From Marsupella aquatica (taxonomy: Eukaryota; Plantae; Marchantiophyta), in assembly GCA_973895155.1 (NCBI GenBank), contig OZ316898.1:2788380-2852379 (forward strand): 64,000 bases of DNA, given 5' to 3'. The translations under genes and the position numbers were made by a program. This document shows positions 10,863 through 24,979 of this stretch, piece after piece; position 1 is the stretch's first letter, and every line of letters begins with the position of its first letter. Under the pieces are notes generated by a model that worked only from the letters and a program-made list of their open reading frames with translations, was not told where the DNA came from and ran no database searches.

Positions 10863-13800
10863 ATGATGCTGTCGTTGCAGAGCTCGATGAGGCCGCAACA
10901 GGGTCACCAGGGCCTCTCGCTGTTCATGAGGGAGCCGCTGAAGACTGAGCACCGCCACCGTCAAGAGCACTTTGCGCATCTGCCCGCTTCTCAGACTCCC
11001 AGTGTGCACTCGGATGGCAATGGAGTGGTCGACACTACTGAAGGTAAGGTCCTCAGTCTCTGCTTCTTATCTCTGTCTGATGAGCTTTTCTGCATTTACT
11101 GGTCAGCTTTCGGTCCGCATCAGCTCCTTATCTCTACGCTAAGCTGCGTTTGTACGTATCACCCGAATGAATGCTCTTGCAACGATTCCGACTTTCCTTT
11201 CATCATCTTTAGGCTCATCGAATCTTCCCTAAGTTGCTACCATTTTTGGCCATCTCCCAATTTTCGTTCGAAGAACTCCTCTTTCCTTTCAGCTGCCCCT
11301 AGTCTATGTCCGTGGTCGCTGGACAGCAGGAGCAATTAAGAGGCAGCTCCATGTTGTCCGTGTCCCGCATTCGCCTCCGAATCTTAAAGTCTTTTGTGGT
11401 TTTCTTCAAATGTGGTAGATACAGTCACAGATAAAATTCTTTCCTTGTAATAGAACTAGTCCTTGTAGAATTCCCTGATCGCTTTCCAAGGTGTTGGGGT
11501 TGCTGGAAATAGACCAGATGAATAGAAGAGAGGGGGAGGGTGGGGAGACGGTGTGTTGATGGGCCATTATGCTAGGCCAGAGTGAACTCTCTTTGTTCAG
11601 GTGTGCGGGAACTGTTTGCCCCTTGAGCTGGAAGGTCCTGTGCTGGCCTTTAAGATCTGAAGGGCCGGTGTCTTTGGCTCACTTTGAAGATGCAATTCAT
11701 CCTGTATAAGGGACAGTTGAAATGTCTGTACCTCCATTTCTTCAGACGGACTTGAACAATAATGTGCCATTGTGCAGACGAAGACAAATTGTTGGCTGTG
11801 GCACATCAGCATTACAAAGCAGGGAATTATCAACAGGCACTAGAGCACTGCAATGTCGTGTACGATAGGAACCCTAACAGGACGGATGGCCTCCTCCTAC
11901 TGGGAGCCATTTACTACCAAGTGAGACTTCTTTTCACTTGATTTGCTTCTGCTAAAGCCTTCCTGCTTACCTTGCGTGTTTGAAAATATGACGCTTGTAT
12001 CAGTCTGAGAAGCAATGGTAGGTTGAAGGTTTTTTCGCCGTCCAGCAAAGATTTCGTCTCTGACTGAATGTCATGTCTTTCCAGCTGCATGATTTTGATA
12101 CCTGCATCGCCAAGAATGAAGAAGCCATCCGAATTGATCCCGAATTTGCAGAATGCTACGGAAATATGGCAAACGCACTGAAGGTAAATATGTTTGCGAT
12201 GGCCCCCTTATCTTGCTTGTCAAATAGTGTCCATATATCGACTTCCCAGGGTCTCAGGCGAATCTCGATGCTGTCATTCGTTGCTTTGGAGGGGTTCGGT
12301 TCTCCTATTGAGCTTGAAGGAATGGATCGCATGTGCTGATGGACAGGTTTTGTGTTTGATCTTCCAGGAGAAAGGAAACGTTGACCTTGCAATTCGGTAT
12401 TACATCATGGCAATTGAGGTATTGCGAGAAGTTATTGGAATGTGTTTGTGGAACGTTTAGGTTTCAATTTCTTGGATCATGCTAACTATGTCGGTTGTGT
12501 GAGCAGTTGAGGCCAGGATTCTGCGATGCATGGTCCAATCTTGCGAGTGCCTATATGCGTCAAGGGAGGCTGGATGAAGCTGCACAATGCTGTCGGCATG
12601 CTCTTACTCTAAATCCGCGACTGGTTAGTTTCCATGTCTTTCTCGTATGTTCATTTGCATAATAAAGCAGTCCTAGGGAGTTTGGCCACTGATTTTTGGC
12701 CAAAATTGTTTGTGCTGGACCCGAATTACTACTCCCATATTTCAACATTGTCATATTGTATAGGGGAAGGTTGTCATCTTTATATCATGTAGCCCTTTGT
12801 GGTCAAGGAGAATTCTCAAATTGTGTAACTCCATCTTTCTCGCCACAAGCCTTGCTCTAATTTCCCAGGGGCTTGATGTCGTCGTGTTGTCCTTCATCTG
12901 TTGTGTTACAGGTTGATGCACACAGCAACCTGGGCAACCTATTTAAGCAACAGGGATTGACACAACATGTAAGTGTCATATTCTTTTTTCTTGCTCCAAA
13001 ACTGGAATGTAAAATCGTTTTCTTACTCTTGGATTAGGCAGCTGGAGGGAGGAAATTGGTCGCCTTAGATCGTAGTCATTTAACGAGGAAAGTGATGCCA
13101 TTCAGTTCGCCTTTACTTTATCGTAACTCGACAATGTTTGTGATACCAGGCTTACCTCTGCTATACTGAAGCCATTCGAATACAACCTACTTTTGCTATT
13201 GCTTGGTCCAACCTTGCTGGCCTATTTATGGAAGCTGGGGAATATCTTAAGGCTCACAGTTATTATAAGGTACTCATTGTGTCTGGTTGGCTGTGTCAAA
13301 TGGTCTGTGGCATTGTCCTTCGTTTCTCTGTTGTTGAGTTTGATCTGAAGGGACTGCAGCGTCTTATGTCAATTACACTGCCTATTTTTTGTGTTTAATA
13401 TCAGGCAAACCCAGTCTTTCGACCGCTCTGTTTCGTTCCTGTCACACATTAAAGTTGTGTTGTCTTGTTGCTTTCCCGTTTGTACATTGACGTGTTTTGT
13501 CTGCCTGGAGTTATTCAATTCTGAGAGCCTCTCCTGTTACAGTCAGATATGTATGTTTCATTGCCTGTTTCTTAATCTCTTTTGCCAGGAAGCGATTCGG
13601 TTGAAGCCGAATTTTTCTGATGCTCACCTCAACGCGGGGAATGTTCTCAAGGTGATGACTCTGGCATTGCAAATGCGATGTTGCATGGACTTGAAATGAA
13701 TTCTTCCACTTCCATTGGGAGCTTGTAAGGACCAGAGTTGCTGAAACATGTCTATTGCAGGCACTTGGCTTGCCTCAGGAAGCAATTGCGTCCTATCAGA

Positions 13801-16800
13801 AAGCTATACAATTGCGGCCTGAGTATGCAATCGCTTATGGTATGCGTTCGAATGCACTTCCTGTCACTTCAGCTTCATGGGAAATGTTGAGTACTGTAGG
13901 AGGGTTATGGCAATCTAGTTCTATTATGAAGTCAATCTGAGTGATATGTGTGGGTCTAGTAAGGTGTCGCCGATCCCTGGAATATAGCTCCTCTGACAGA
14001 GTGCCTTTTGCGTGTTCTGTTTTTTGTCCCATACATCTTGTTCGCTCGCGAAGGTGCACAGCTCAAGACATATTTCTGCAAAGTTCCCCTGCCAGTAGAC
14101 TTCCAAATGGTCTTGTGGTCGAGCGGTCCAGTAGTTTTGGACTTTTAATTTTGCTAGTATTTGAATGTGATGTCTCAGAGGTTCCCAATCCTCATAAACC
14201 CACCTACTCAAGCGGCAATTATTTGCTACAAAGCAGGCATACTCTTAGTGCTCACCAGATCTTCACAAGGATGATATATCGGCATGGACCTTCATTTGTC
14301 AAACTCGACAGGAAGTGTGGGCAGCATTCACAATACTGGAGCAGTCATGGCTGATCACTTAGAATGCACAACGGCATATTGGAGACATCAGCACTTCATA
14401 TAGGTATGTAGGGTGACAGGGGCTTGCTGGATACGGTATGATTGTGTGCAGGAAATCTTGCGAGCGTTTATTATGAACAGGGTCAGTTGGATCTCGCAAT
14501 TCTTCATTACAAGCACGCAATTCTCCTGGATTCCACGTTTTTGGAAGCTTACAATAATTTGGTAAGCTCAACGTGATTGTTAACACCTCTCAAGCATGCG
14601 AGTTAGTGTAAATAGATATTTTCATCTTCAGCTGCATATAAAACGTCACACTTTTGGTAATGCCTTCGTTGCTGGAATTCCATGAGTATCAATTAATGGC
14701 TCTACAAACACAGGGTAATGCTCTGAAGGATGCCGGCCGGGTAGAAGAAGCCATCTCGTGCTACCAGGTGATTCATCGACGTAGGCCCTCCTTTCATGAG
14801 ATGTAGATTTTGTACCAGTTTCTCGAGACATTTGTTGACATAGGCGGGGTGTTGTATCTTTGTTGAAACAGTTTGATGTGTAGTATAGATGAGTGTGGTG
14901 TGTCATAAAAGATATCATGACAGAGATGTGAATGTTTGATAAGAAGTCGTGACGCGTGACCGAATTGTTTCTTTGTCCTCTCTGCAGTCATGCCTTGCCT
15001 TGCAGGCAAATCATCCCCAGGCTCTCACCAACCTGGGGAACATCTATATGGAATGGTAACTTAGACTTTCCCCGTTGGAATAACCTTTTTTGCAATTATT
15101 AGTGAGGCGGTACTCGTAATGAGACTATGTACTGCATATGACACCAGTTATCTTTCTCACATGTTGGTTAGTTTGCGCTTCAAGTACATCTGATAAGTTC
15201 TTCTTTTTGGTTCGTTCTTATAGGAACTATATCAATACAGCCGCAACCTTCTACAAGGCAACCTTGGCTGTTACAACGGGTCTCTCAGCACCCTACAGCA
15301 ATCTTGCTACTATTTACAAACAGCAGGTGAGTTGGTTCACTCTTCGAGAATGGACTTCTACCACGAAGAAGGGACTCTCAAGGTTTTGTTTTGGGCGGTC
15401 CTCGTAGGTCATATGTAGAAGTTAAGTTTGACTTGTTTGTTTCCTTATGTGTTTCCACACATCCTATTTAGCCTGATGAACGTACTCTCTCTTCTACGAT
15501 TTTTCAAAGTCTTTGCTTTCCTCTCTTAGTACATTGTGAAGTAACGGTTCCGGGTATGCGCAGGGCCACTATGCAGAGGCAATTGCTTGCTACAACGAAG
15601 TTATGAGGATAGATCCATCTGCAGCAGATGGACTTGTTAATAGAGGTAATACTCTGAAGGAGGTGGGTCGCGTAAGCGAAGCGATTCAGGATTATATAAG
15701 GGCAGTGCAAATACGTCCAACGATGGCAGAGGGCCATGCTAATCTGGCTTCAGCTTACAAAGACAGGTCTGTTCAAGACTTGTATGCACCTTCATTAAAC
15801 TGTCACTGGCAGAGTTGGGGCACATGTCTTTTCTTTTCCTCGTCGTGTGTGTGTATGATAAATGGACTTACTCAAGCTGATGCTTGGATTTTTGTATCAG
15901 CGGTCATGTTGATGCGGCAATCAAAAGCTACAAACAGGCATTGTCTCTTCGTGCGGATTTTCCTGAAGCTACTTGCAATCTCCTCCACACTCTCCAGTGT
16001 GTCTGTGACTGGGACGACCGAGATAACAAGTTTTTGGAGATTGAGGCTGTCGTCAGGCGCCAAGTCAAGGTCCATCTCCTTGATTTCAATTTAGTGTAAC
16101 TTTCGTGTATATTCTCCATCACGTGAACACAGTTATTGGTCCGTTGTCACAGTAGCAGTGCTGAATTGAAGAAATTGTTCTGCAGCTGTGTGTTCTACCA
16201 AGTGTGCAGCCTTTCCATGCAATCGCATATCCGATTGATCCTCTACTGGCGCTGGATATCAGGTTTGTGTCGGGCAACCTTCTGTGCTATCATTCAGGCA
16301 TTTCCATGCATCTTTCAAGTTGTCTGCTCAAAATAAGTTGGAATTCGCTTGACTTATTCACGGTCCAGATCTGAACTTCTTCTGTTGTCCTATGAACAGC
16401 CGCAAGTATGCAGATCATTGTCATTTGATTGGATCGCGTCTAGGATTGCAACCATTTACGCATCCTCCTGCAGTACCTGTACAGAACAAAGGGGGAGGTG
16501 GACGACTTCGTGTGGGGTATGTCAACTGGAAAGCCCTGTTTTATTGGTAAAATTTACAGAAAATAGTGCTTGTTGTTGACGTTCATGTGGAGTTTCTACG
16601 TCGAAAGTGTGGTCCTAGGTTGCCATAGACCCTGACTGACCTTTAGTTAATATGGTTGATGCACAGCTATGTGAGCAGTGACTTCGGCAATCATCCACTA
16701 TCGCATCTGATGGGATCAGTTTTTGGAATGCATAATCGTGGGAATATAGAGGTAAAGTTTTGGAATAACCTTGTCGTTGTTGGTATATCCAATTTTGGAA

Positions 16801-19671
16801 GAAAGTATTGTTTGGCACGAGTATTGTACGTGAGATGCAGTGTTCAGCGAACTTTGGGATGACAGGTAGCATTGGAGTGTCCATGTAGTATTGGATATAA
16901 CTAAACTAGGCATACCTGAACGTTGCTGCAGGACGCTGCTTACATTATCAGATTAACTGTAATATAGGGTGATTAGTGTGCATACCATCTTACTATTTTC
17001 ATGATCCAATTTATGCGTTGCTCCGAGAGAGCACTGAACTGTCCCGTGGCTCTTCGACAAGGAAGACCTGCAAACCAGAGTCAATTTTGTAACTACATAT
17101 TTGGGGATGCGTCGTCCTCATAGTGCTCCACTGTCCACCTTTGTTTCCTCCAGGTCTTCTGCTACGCGTTGAGCCAGAGTGATGGCAGTGAGTGGAGGCA
17201 GCGTATATCAGCAGAGGCAGAGCATTTTATTGACGTTTCTGCTGCGTCTTCGGACGCTATTGCCAAAATGATCGCAGAGCATAACATTCAGATATTGGTC
17301 AACCTCAATGGTTACACCAAGGTGGGCAGTGATGGGTCAATTGTGAACATTGTTGTCCGGTTATTTGTAGGTACTGTCTAAGGCTTCGTGTGCAAAGTTT
17401 TCGGTCTGAAAGGTGGCGCTCTTTGGCAGGGTGCGAGAAATGAAATATTCGCTTTACAACCGGCCCCCATTCAAGTATCTTATATGGGATTTCCTGGCAC
17501 AACTGGTGCGGACTATATTGACTATTTGGTAACAGATGAGGTAGGATCTTTCTTCAATCTGGCAGCACTTCGCTGTTCCCGTATCAACGTTTCATTCTGG
17601 TCGTACAAGAATATTGGCTCAAAACATTTGGCATTCTAACGCGAATTCGGTGAGAAGTGTGAGTTTCTAATATAATGGAAATTTCAATGTAAGGGAATTT
17701 CAATGTAAGATCTGAGTTTTCTGTTTGCGAATTTAGACTTCAGATAGGCCGAATCTACGGCACCACTTTCTTTGGGGTTTCGCGGATAATAAGTCACGAA
17801 TTTGTCGGGACCTTAAGAAATTCAAGTACGGATGAAAATTTTGACCTCGACTTCTCTTTAACCTAATTTTGTGGTTATGTCATGTGCAGCTGGTGTCACC
17901 TCTGAAATTTTCCCATATTTATTCAGAAAAACTGGTCCACTTGCCGCACTGTTACTTCGTGAATGATTATAAGCAGGTGTGTCTTCCGGTTCAATTAATT
18001 ACTTTCTCAATTCCAGTTTGTACCGAAGTCGCAGACGTTCGCGTTTCCTCCGTTTCAGGAGGTGTCTGCTACTTTGTCATCCTTCGAGGATGCTGATGCG
18101 CGTCATTTTGTCATCTTGCAGAAGAATTGTGATGTTCTGGATCCCAATAGTCAAATGAAGCGCTCAGATTATGGTTTGCCAGAAGACAAATTTCTCTTTG
18201 CTTGTTTCAATCAGCTATATAAGATGGACCCGGAGATCTTTACCATGTGGTATGTTACTGGCATTTGAAGGGCTTATTGTTTAGGTTTTTCTCAATTAGG
18301 TTCATTGATACCCTCTCGTTCGTCTTCTACTTGTAATCATTTGGTGGTTACGATTGTTCTTCTGGAAACTGTGCTGAGTTTGGATGTATATTTTTCTTTT
18401 CTATAGGAGCAGTGGGTCATTCCGCATTTGTCGTCAAAATAATGAAAGCTTACTCTATGCGGTTTTGCAGGTGCAATATTCTTAAGCGGGTCCCCGACAG
18501 TGCACTCTGGTTACTACGCTTTCCTGCTGCAGGAGAAAATCGACTTCGAGCATGTGAGCCATAGTTTGGATTTTGAAAGTTTTTCTCTTATCTTGTTTAG
18601 TGGACAGTTTTGATAAAAGTATGCCTAGTGGACAGTTTTGATAGAAGTATGCCTTTTGGTTCCTGCAGTTGCTGCTGCACAGGGTGTCAGGCCGGACCAG
18701 ATAATATTTACAGACGTTGCAGCTAAGAATGAACATATTCGACGCAGTGCCCTTGCAGATCTTTTCCTCGACACGTAAGATTCATCGCTTTTTTAGAGAA
18801 CTTCAGTAATCCTTTTCTGAAAAATCAGGCTATTAAAGTATACGAAAGCCAGCTGTGGAATTTTTGTACCGTATTTTCAGGAAATGTTTTGGCCTGTTAT
18901 GGATTTCTTAGATGACTTGGCTCGGGTTATCATTCTAGGTCAGGAAAGCATTCGAGGTCTCTATCCGGTCAGATTTCCTAACTCTTGCTCAATCGTTGAT
19001 GTTCATGTAGGCCTCTTTGCAATGCCCATACGACTGGCACAGATGTATTATGGGCAGGTCTTCCAATGGTTACCCTCCCACTTGAGAAGATGGCCACGCG
19101 AGTTGCAATGTCACTCTGCCATGCGGCTGGTTGTGGGGAAGAAATGGTAGTTGATAGGTAACTACAGACCGCTTTCTATATAAGTTTATTCTGTCATGAG
19201 CTACTGTTCTCTTGATTCTGTATTACTTGGTGTGTGCTTCATTTTTGTTCATCACTTTTCTCATTATTTGGTGTCGGTTCTGTAGCATGCAAGAATACGA
19301 GGAGAGGGCGGTTAAATATGCTCAAAACCCAGCCCTTCTTGAGGCGCTTACTACAAAGCTCCGAACAAACCGGCTTACATGTCCTTTGTTTGACACACCT
19401 CGTTGGGTAAGATTTGTGGCCATTTGCAATTGCATGTATGTACTCAAATAATGATGGCATGTAAGGACGCGCGATTCTCTAATTGAATATATGATCTTTG
19501 ATTTTGACGATTCAGTTCAGCTAACCTTCTTGTCATGTGGGCTCGGATGTTCCACAGGTCCGCAATCTGGAGAGGGCTTACTTCAAGATGTGGAATTTAT
19601 ACTGCCAGGGAAATCACCCGCAGCCTTTTAAAGTATTCGAGGATGATTTGGGGTTTCCGTACGATCAATAA
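10863..19671 (+). CDS. SEC: O-GlcNAc transferase SECRET AGENT (TPR repeats + glycosyltransferase family 41), ~986 aa, 27 coding exons
   Basis: Exons: 10863-11043, 11778-11920, 12085-12183, 12368-12418, 12507-12623, 12912-12968, 13150-13269, 13589-13651, 13761-13839, 14452-14561, 14714-14767, 14988-15055, 15224-15326, 15564-15766, 15901-16069, 16186-16262, 16400-16516, 16667-16751, 17154-17321, 17430-17540, 17890-17976, 18122-18249, 18471-18553, 18669-18774, 19011-19157, 19286-19406, 19558-19671. All GT-AG, phases consistent, sum 2961 nt. TPRs ([28 protein letters not shown]), catalytic motifs [28 protein letters not shown], and the SEC-type C-terminus [12 protein letters not shown]...FPYDQ*. 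Confidence 0.96.
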
Positions 19672-20489
19672 CACGAACGTCCGGCTTTTCGATCTTTAGG
19701 GAGGCTTCTTGAGGTGGAGATGTGTGCACCGTATCACCACCTACTTCTCACTGTGAATAAGTTTTGAACACCCGTCATACTAATGTTTGAAGTTCCAAGT
19801 GATGCACCTCCCTGTTCAGCCATGCGGAACGGCGGAGTTTCTGCTGATGGGGCAGTTGGTAGCTAACAATGCTCGTGCTGCGTATGACATTACAGATCAG
19901 GTTACTTTGACTATATCATACCCCAGTGACCTCAAATGGACAGATTGCCCAGGGAGGAATGGGTATTGTTTTGCAAATATGTTAGTTTGACTCCTTACGA
20001 CTTTTGGATTCCCTCTCTGTGATATCCAATTGATGACCTATACACTACTACACTACTTGCACACGGATTTGGTAAACGACTGCATCCAGTGTGGAAGTCA
20101 GGTCTTTAAGACAATCTTGGACATTAAGTGTCCCGGACCCATGCCAGGCAGGTTCATACTCAATTATGGCTGGAAGTGCACTTCTCCGACCATGAAGCAG
20201 AACCTTGAAGTGCAGGCGCAGGGAAACCGTTTATTATCCCTTGAGATTGGGAATTCTTACATGACAAAGATGCCGCTAAGGTATCAATAAAGAGTTATCC
20301 AGTAACCAGTGGAAAGTTGTGCAGCTGTTAAGACGTTGCCAATTGATCTGGACCAGTTTACTCCTACTGATGGGCTGACGATATGCTGAGCGAGTTGGTT
20401 TTCCCTTTTTCCGTTTCGGTCTTTCCTTTTTCTCGTTTCTGGCGGTTTGTGTAAGTCTTGTAGGTTTTGATGATGCAGGTCGTTTGTCG

Positions 20490-20960
20490 TCCTGTACAAG
20501 TCTCGTTCGGCCGTCTGTGAATGTATTTTTAAAACTCAGTGATATTCTTTTGGTCTTTTTTCTTCAGTTTACTGTCTTTGTGTTCACCTTAGATGTGGTT
20601 GTGGTTCTTGTTGTTCTTTTTTTAAGGATTCTTGTGCGACTGTTCCTCGGTCTGTTAATCTGTCCTGGAAACTCAATGATAGTCATCTTTTCTGCTTTTT
20701 GCAGTCTTGCCTTAGTCATTCAAGTACCTTAGATTTGCGTATTGTTTGTTTTCCTTCGGAATGACTCCTGTGCAAGTCTCTCTGAGTCCCCAAAGCTGTT
20801 CTTGAAACTCAATGAAAGTCATTGGTTCTCTTTTCTTCAGTCTACTGCCTCCATCGCACAGATTTGGGTCCGGCATTTGTCTTACCTCACTTCTGTCGTA
20901 GTCGTCTGGATGCGGTTCTTGTGAACCTTCATCCTGTGGCCCAGATTTTTTATTTGTTAT
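20490..20960 (-). pseudogene. Decayed coding-like sequence with a triplicated ~137-bp unit (possible retrotransposon gag remnant)
   Basis: aaactca(a/g)tga cores at ~20532, 20669 and 20805. Minus-strand translations: SRLKKREPMTFIEFQEQLWGLRETCTG / ARLQKAEKMTIIEFPGQINRPRNSRTR / SKLKKKDQKNITEF*KYIHRRPNETCTG. Confidence 0.4.
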
Positions 20961-23900
20961 GGACTGTCAGTGTTGATGTAGGGAAGTGTCCATCCAGTAG
21001 TGGACTGCGAATCTGTCGTACCAGCTCTGGCAGTGTCATCCTACAGACCAATTGAACTTTGGGCCTCAGACAAAATTTCAGTCTGGCTCGTCTTTCTCTC
21101 GTTAGGGGTACCTCTTGTCTTCCATTTATAGATTGTTCCTTCACCCTAATCGACAAAGAAGGTCTACAATTTCTCGAGTGATCACGAGTTGTTTGTGTAG
21201 TTTTGCTGTAGTCATCCCTCTGCCCATGCCTTTAAGCGGACGGAAGGAATCCTGATATGCTCTTCAAAATGTTTGTTCCGGACTCCACCCTGAAAGGTCT
21301 TCTGTTAATGAAAGTCCTCGCTACTGAGTTTCCGAGCAGCCTGCAAGAGCATAACCTTTGCCACCCCGTAAGATCAGAGCGGCGACCATAAATCAGTTGT
21401 TTCAAACCTTTTGACTAATTCGCAACGTATTTGAACTTGAATCAAATCTCGTTTGAACAGTTGCATTCCAAATTTGGTGGAAAAATCTTTGAAACACCCT
21501 GGACAGGTTCACTAAGAAGTCATCGTTTTGATACGAGTACACTGACGTATACACGCAAGATATTCACCAGGAACCTTCTTACTGAAATTTTGTGTACCAT
21601 GAATAATGTTTTAGCGAGGTCACTGGACTCAGGAATTATGCGTCGACTGCAAGTCCCTTTGGTTAAAGGTCATTGTAGCAAGAAGGCCTAGTAAAGCGTT
21701 GGAGGAATGCTTGATCTTTGCCTCACAAAAACATGGCGTTTATGGTCCCTGTTTATGGTTTAACCCGCGGTAGCTTTGCAGTCATGGAGCCGTGGTCTAG
21801 AGTCTTCGCCCTACACGCCAGACCGTAGATCGATGGATAGACAAGCACCTGAGATCTGCTTGAGGGTGTTTCTATCCCAGACACGGAAGAGTGATTGTTT
21901 GACACAGCTTGATGCACAAAGAGGACTGAGACAAAAGCAAACACTGTCCAGGTGGCACACATACAGACAGGAAGTGCGCAGATGTGTATGAGTGCACAGA
22001 TGACTCTTAGTGCAGTGCAAGTCTAGAGATTTTGGGGTAGTTGAACAATAGCACATATGCAATACAAAATCTATTTACTGTACAGAAGACTGTTGAAACC
22101 GTGTCAAAGTCCACCCTGTGCGTTGAGACTTTTTAGTGTCAAGAAGGCTGTTGACACCTTCGGACTTGGAAACGCAGCCATTCCCATAAAGTAGCCAGCA
22201 ATTTTGACCGTTAACACACACTCATTCCCAGTTGGAGTGTTGAGCAATAATCAAACAGTGTTTTTCATATTTTAAATTTTCAATAGTAATTTATTAATTA
22301 CAGTATTTAGGATGTGCTGGATGGAATATTCAAGGTGAAAGGTAGTGTGCGGCTCAGCATACCAGCAATTAATCCTTGTACCCCATGTTCATCCAAGGAT
22401 TAAACCCACTCTACCAAGACATACCGGACCAAAAGGAGATATTAACAAGGAGACTTGTCCATTTTTGAAATGTTTTTTCTTCATAGAATGATTTATTTTA
22501 TATTTTGAATTACTGGGAACAATTTTATTTCAATATTTTTGTCATTGATTTGCATGAAGTTTTTTACATTCTCTTTTTACGGCATGGTATCCCAGTTTTT
22601 ACAAAAAAGTTGCCACACACAAATGTAGAAGTTGATTTTATCCAAAAAAAAGTCTCGTCGTGTTTGCAGCGTGCAACATCAATACATGTTCTCTGAGCCA
22701 TTCTTTATGTAGAGACATCAATACATGTTTGTCAGTTTTGGCGAGAGAATGGATCCTAAAATGAATTCCATCAAAGGGTAGCTCCGAAGTTACTCAATTG
22801 ATTAGAGTTGAGCATCAGTTTTGGTATGGACATCATCACTCCATTCAAGTAATTGTAAGTAGTTTGTCCACTTGCATTTTTCATAGATCTGTACATTTTT
22901 CTATCCACAGAGCTGACAGATTTTTTCATGGATCTATCTGCTCGGGATGACTTCAGTTCTTTGGGGTGTTGTTGAGTACTCTTGGGCTTTTTTTGCCTCT
23001 TCAGTCTTCCTGGGGTTTTTTCTTTGTTTTCTTCCCTTTCATGGATCTCCTATCTTTCCAGTTACGCAGATTGGCGTTGTTTGGTTCTTTGGCAGTGTTG
23101 CATATATCCAAGGATGACTCTAACAACTTTCAGATTCTCTGAGATGATAAAACATTTCAAAACTTAATACCTTTAGTGATTTTTTGTCTTTGTAGTTTTG
23201 GGTGCTTTTATGGAGAAGAATGCACAGTCTATACTTGGATTGGTGCACTATGAAACTTCTCCACTGGTCGCCAAATACTAATAGTTGCATCACAAGTTCT
23301 TTTACTCTCTAATTCACTTTTAAAAATAAAATCAGAAATGGGATAGTCTAGAAGACAAGGAATTTAAGAACACTTTGACCTTTTAATCAGGTTGCAAAAT
23401 TTATTTATTTACTGTGCAACTGGGATGGCGCTACTGTAATGCCTGGGCGGGATTTCCCTCCCCCCTTTTTCACAACAAAAGAAAGAGAAAATGATGGGAC
23501 CTAGTTTTCAAGCATGAAAGTCCCAAGATTGGGATCTGTTTGGCAACCAAGGCACATTCTTTCTCAAGTTTAGACCCAAAATTGGAAGCTCAGCTTACAA
23601 GGATATTGGGTGTGACCTTCTCCTTGTTGTCTTTTTCTCTAAAAACAGCATACTGGTAGTGAAACAGATTCAGTATTGGCACCCAACAATTTAAGGGATC
23701 ATACTACTCAGAAATAAGAACATGGCATTCAAAATCCAATGAGACACTCCTTTCTCGCAATGAGGATCTCCGGGGATCTGTCTCACAGCCTGAAGACCTC
23801 CCAAACATGTCATATAGTGTCCCAAAATGCAGTTATGAACACCAATGTGAACATTGGGGTATTCACACTCACACTGCAACTGTAAAATACTAGAGCAAAA

Positions 23901-24979
23901 GTTTGTTTTGATATATAAACCATACAAAAACTTTATTAGCTCAACGAACTGAAGTAGTAGTAATGGGATTTGAGACTCTGTATGTCCCCTAGATTGGGTA
24001 GTCAGGAATAGTGGTCATAATATTCTCACATATACATAGAAAAACATAACCGAGCAGCAGAAAACATAATGGAGAGGATGTTTCATGCTTCTTGTGACCA
24101 AAAAGCTGGTAACAAATTAAAATGCCAAGAAAGATCAAAACAGTAAGAATGGAGAGACCACATAAGACTCTTTATTTGGGGGTAAAACAACGTTCAGTAA
24201 GGATTTGCTGTTTTCCATGCCTGGCAAGGTGAACCTGTCGAGAATATTGGGTATACCAGGGCATTTTTTAGTGCCCAAACTTTACCAAAGTCCATATCTG
24301 CCAAGATCCTTGGTGACATATTTTGGGTCTCATTAGTCAGTTTCCCACCAGCCCATAGGGTTCAATAGCCATAACCTGATGGCATTCCCTAAGCTGTTAC
24401 TGACCATATAAAAGTGATTATCTTGTCCTCCCACAACTTCATGGACAGTGGGGATCTAAATTTACAGAGATCTAACAAATAGATCTAACAGTCAAATAAA
24501 TCTAGAAATTTCAAGTAAACAATATTCTTTGCATCTCCTCCTTGACTTAAGTTAGCATTAGCCACCCTGGTAAATTTCTAACATTCTTAAACTGCCACTG
24601 GCCATATAAAAGCCAGAAACTCCAAATCCTGCCACACTTCATTCACTCCCCTATGCTCAAGACACTGTAAGGATTTCTCACAAAGGACAAGATGCTGAAG
24701 AACACTTTTTATCTAATTCTTGTAGATTAGTTTCTATCTGTTAGATCTCCCTAGATTTAAGGATAACCCTTAAATTATCGCTAGTTGGTGGTGCAAAACT
24801 GGCTAATCCAAGACAAGCCCTCAAATGATAGAAACTTTTCAAGTGAATTGCAATTTGACAAATTTTCGTCACAAAACAAAAAAGCGCGAGTTTAAAGTAC
24901 TATAGTTAGAAACCTGGCTTATACAGGTTTTAGAGATGGTCCTATATAACAGATTGACAGCGGCAGTTTAAAAAAAAAT

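Noticed and set aside
9480-11009. 509-aa antisense ORF over the SEC 5' region
   Set aside because: Ser/Leu/Pro-rich translation of the complement of GA-rich leader DNA, which is naturally poor in stops; no domain recognised.
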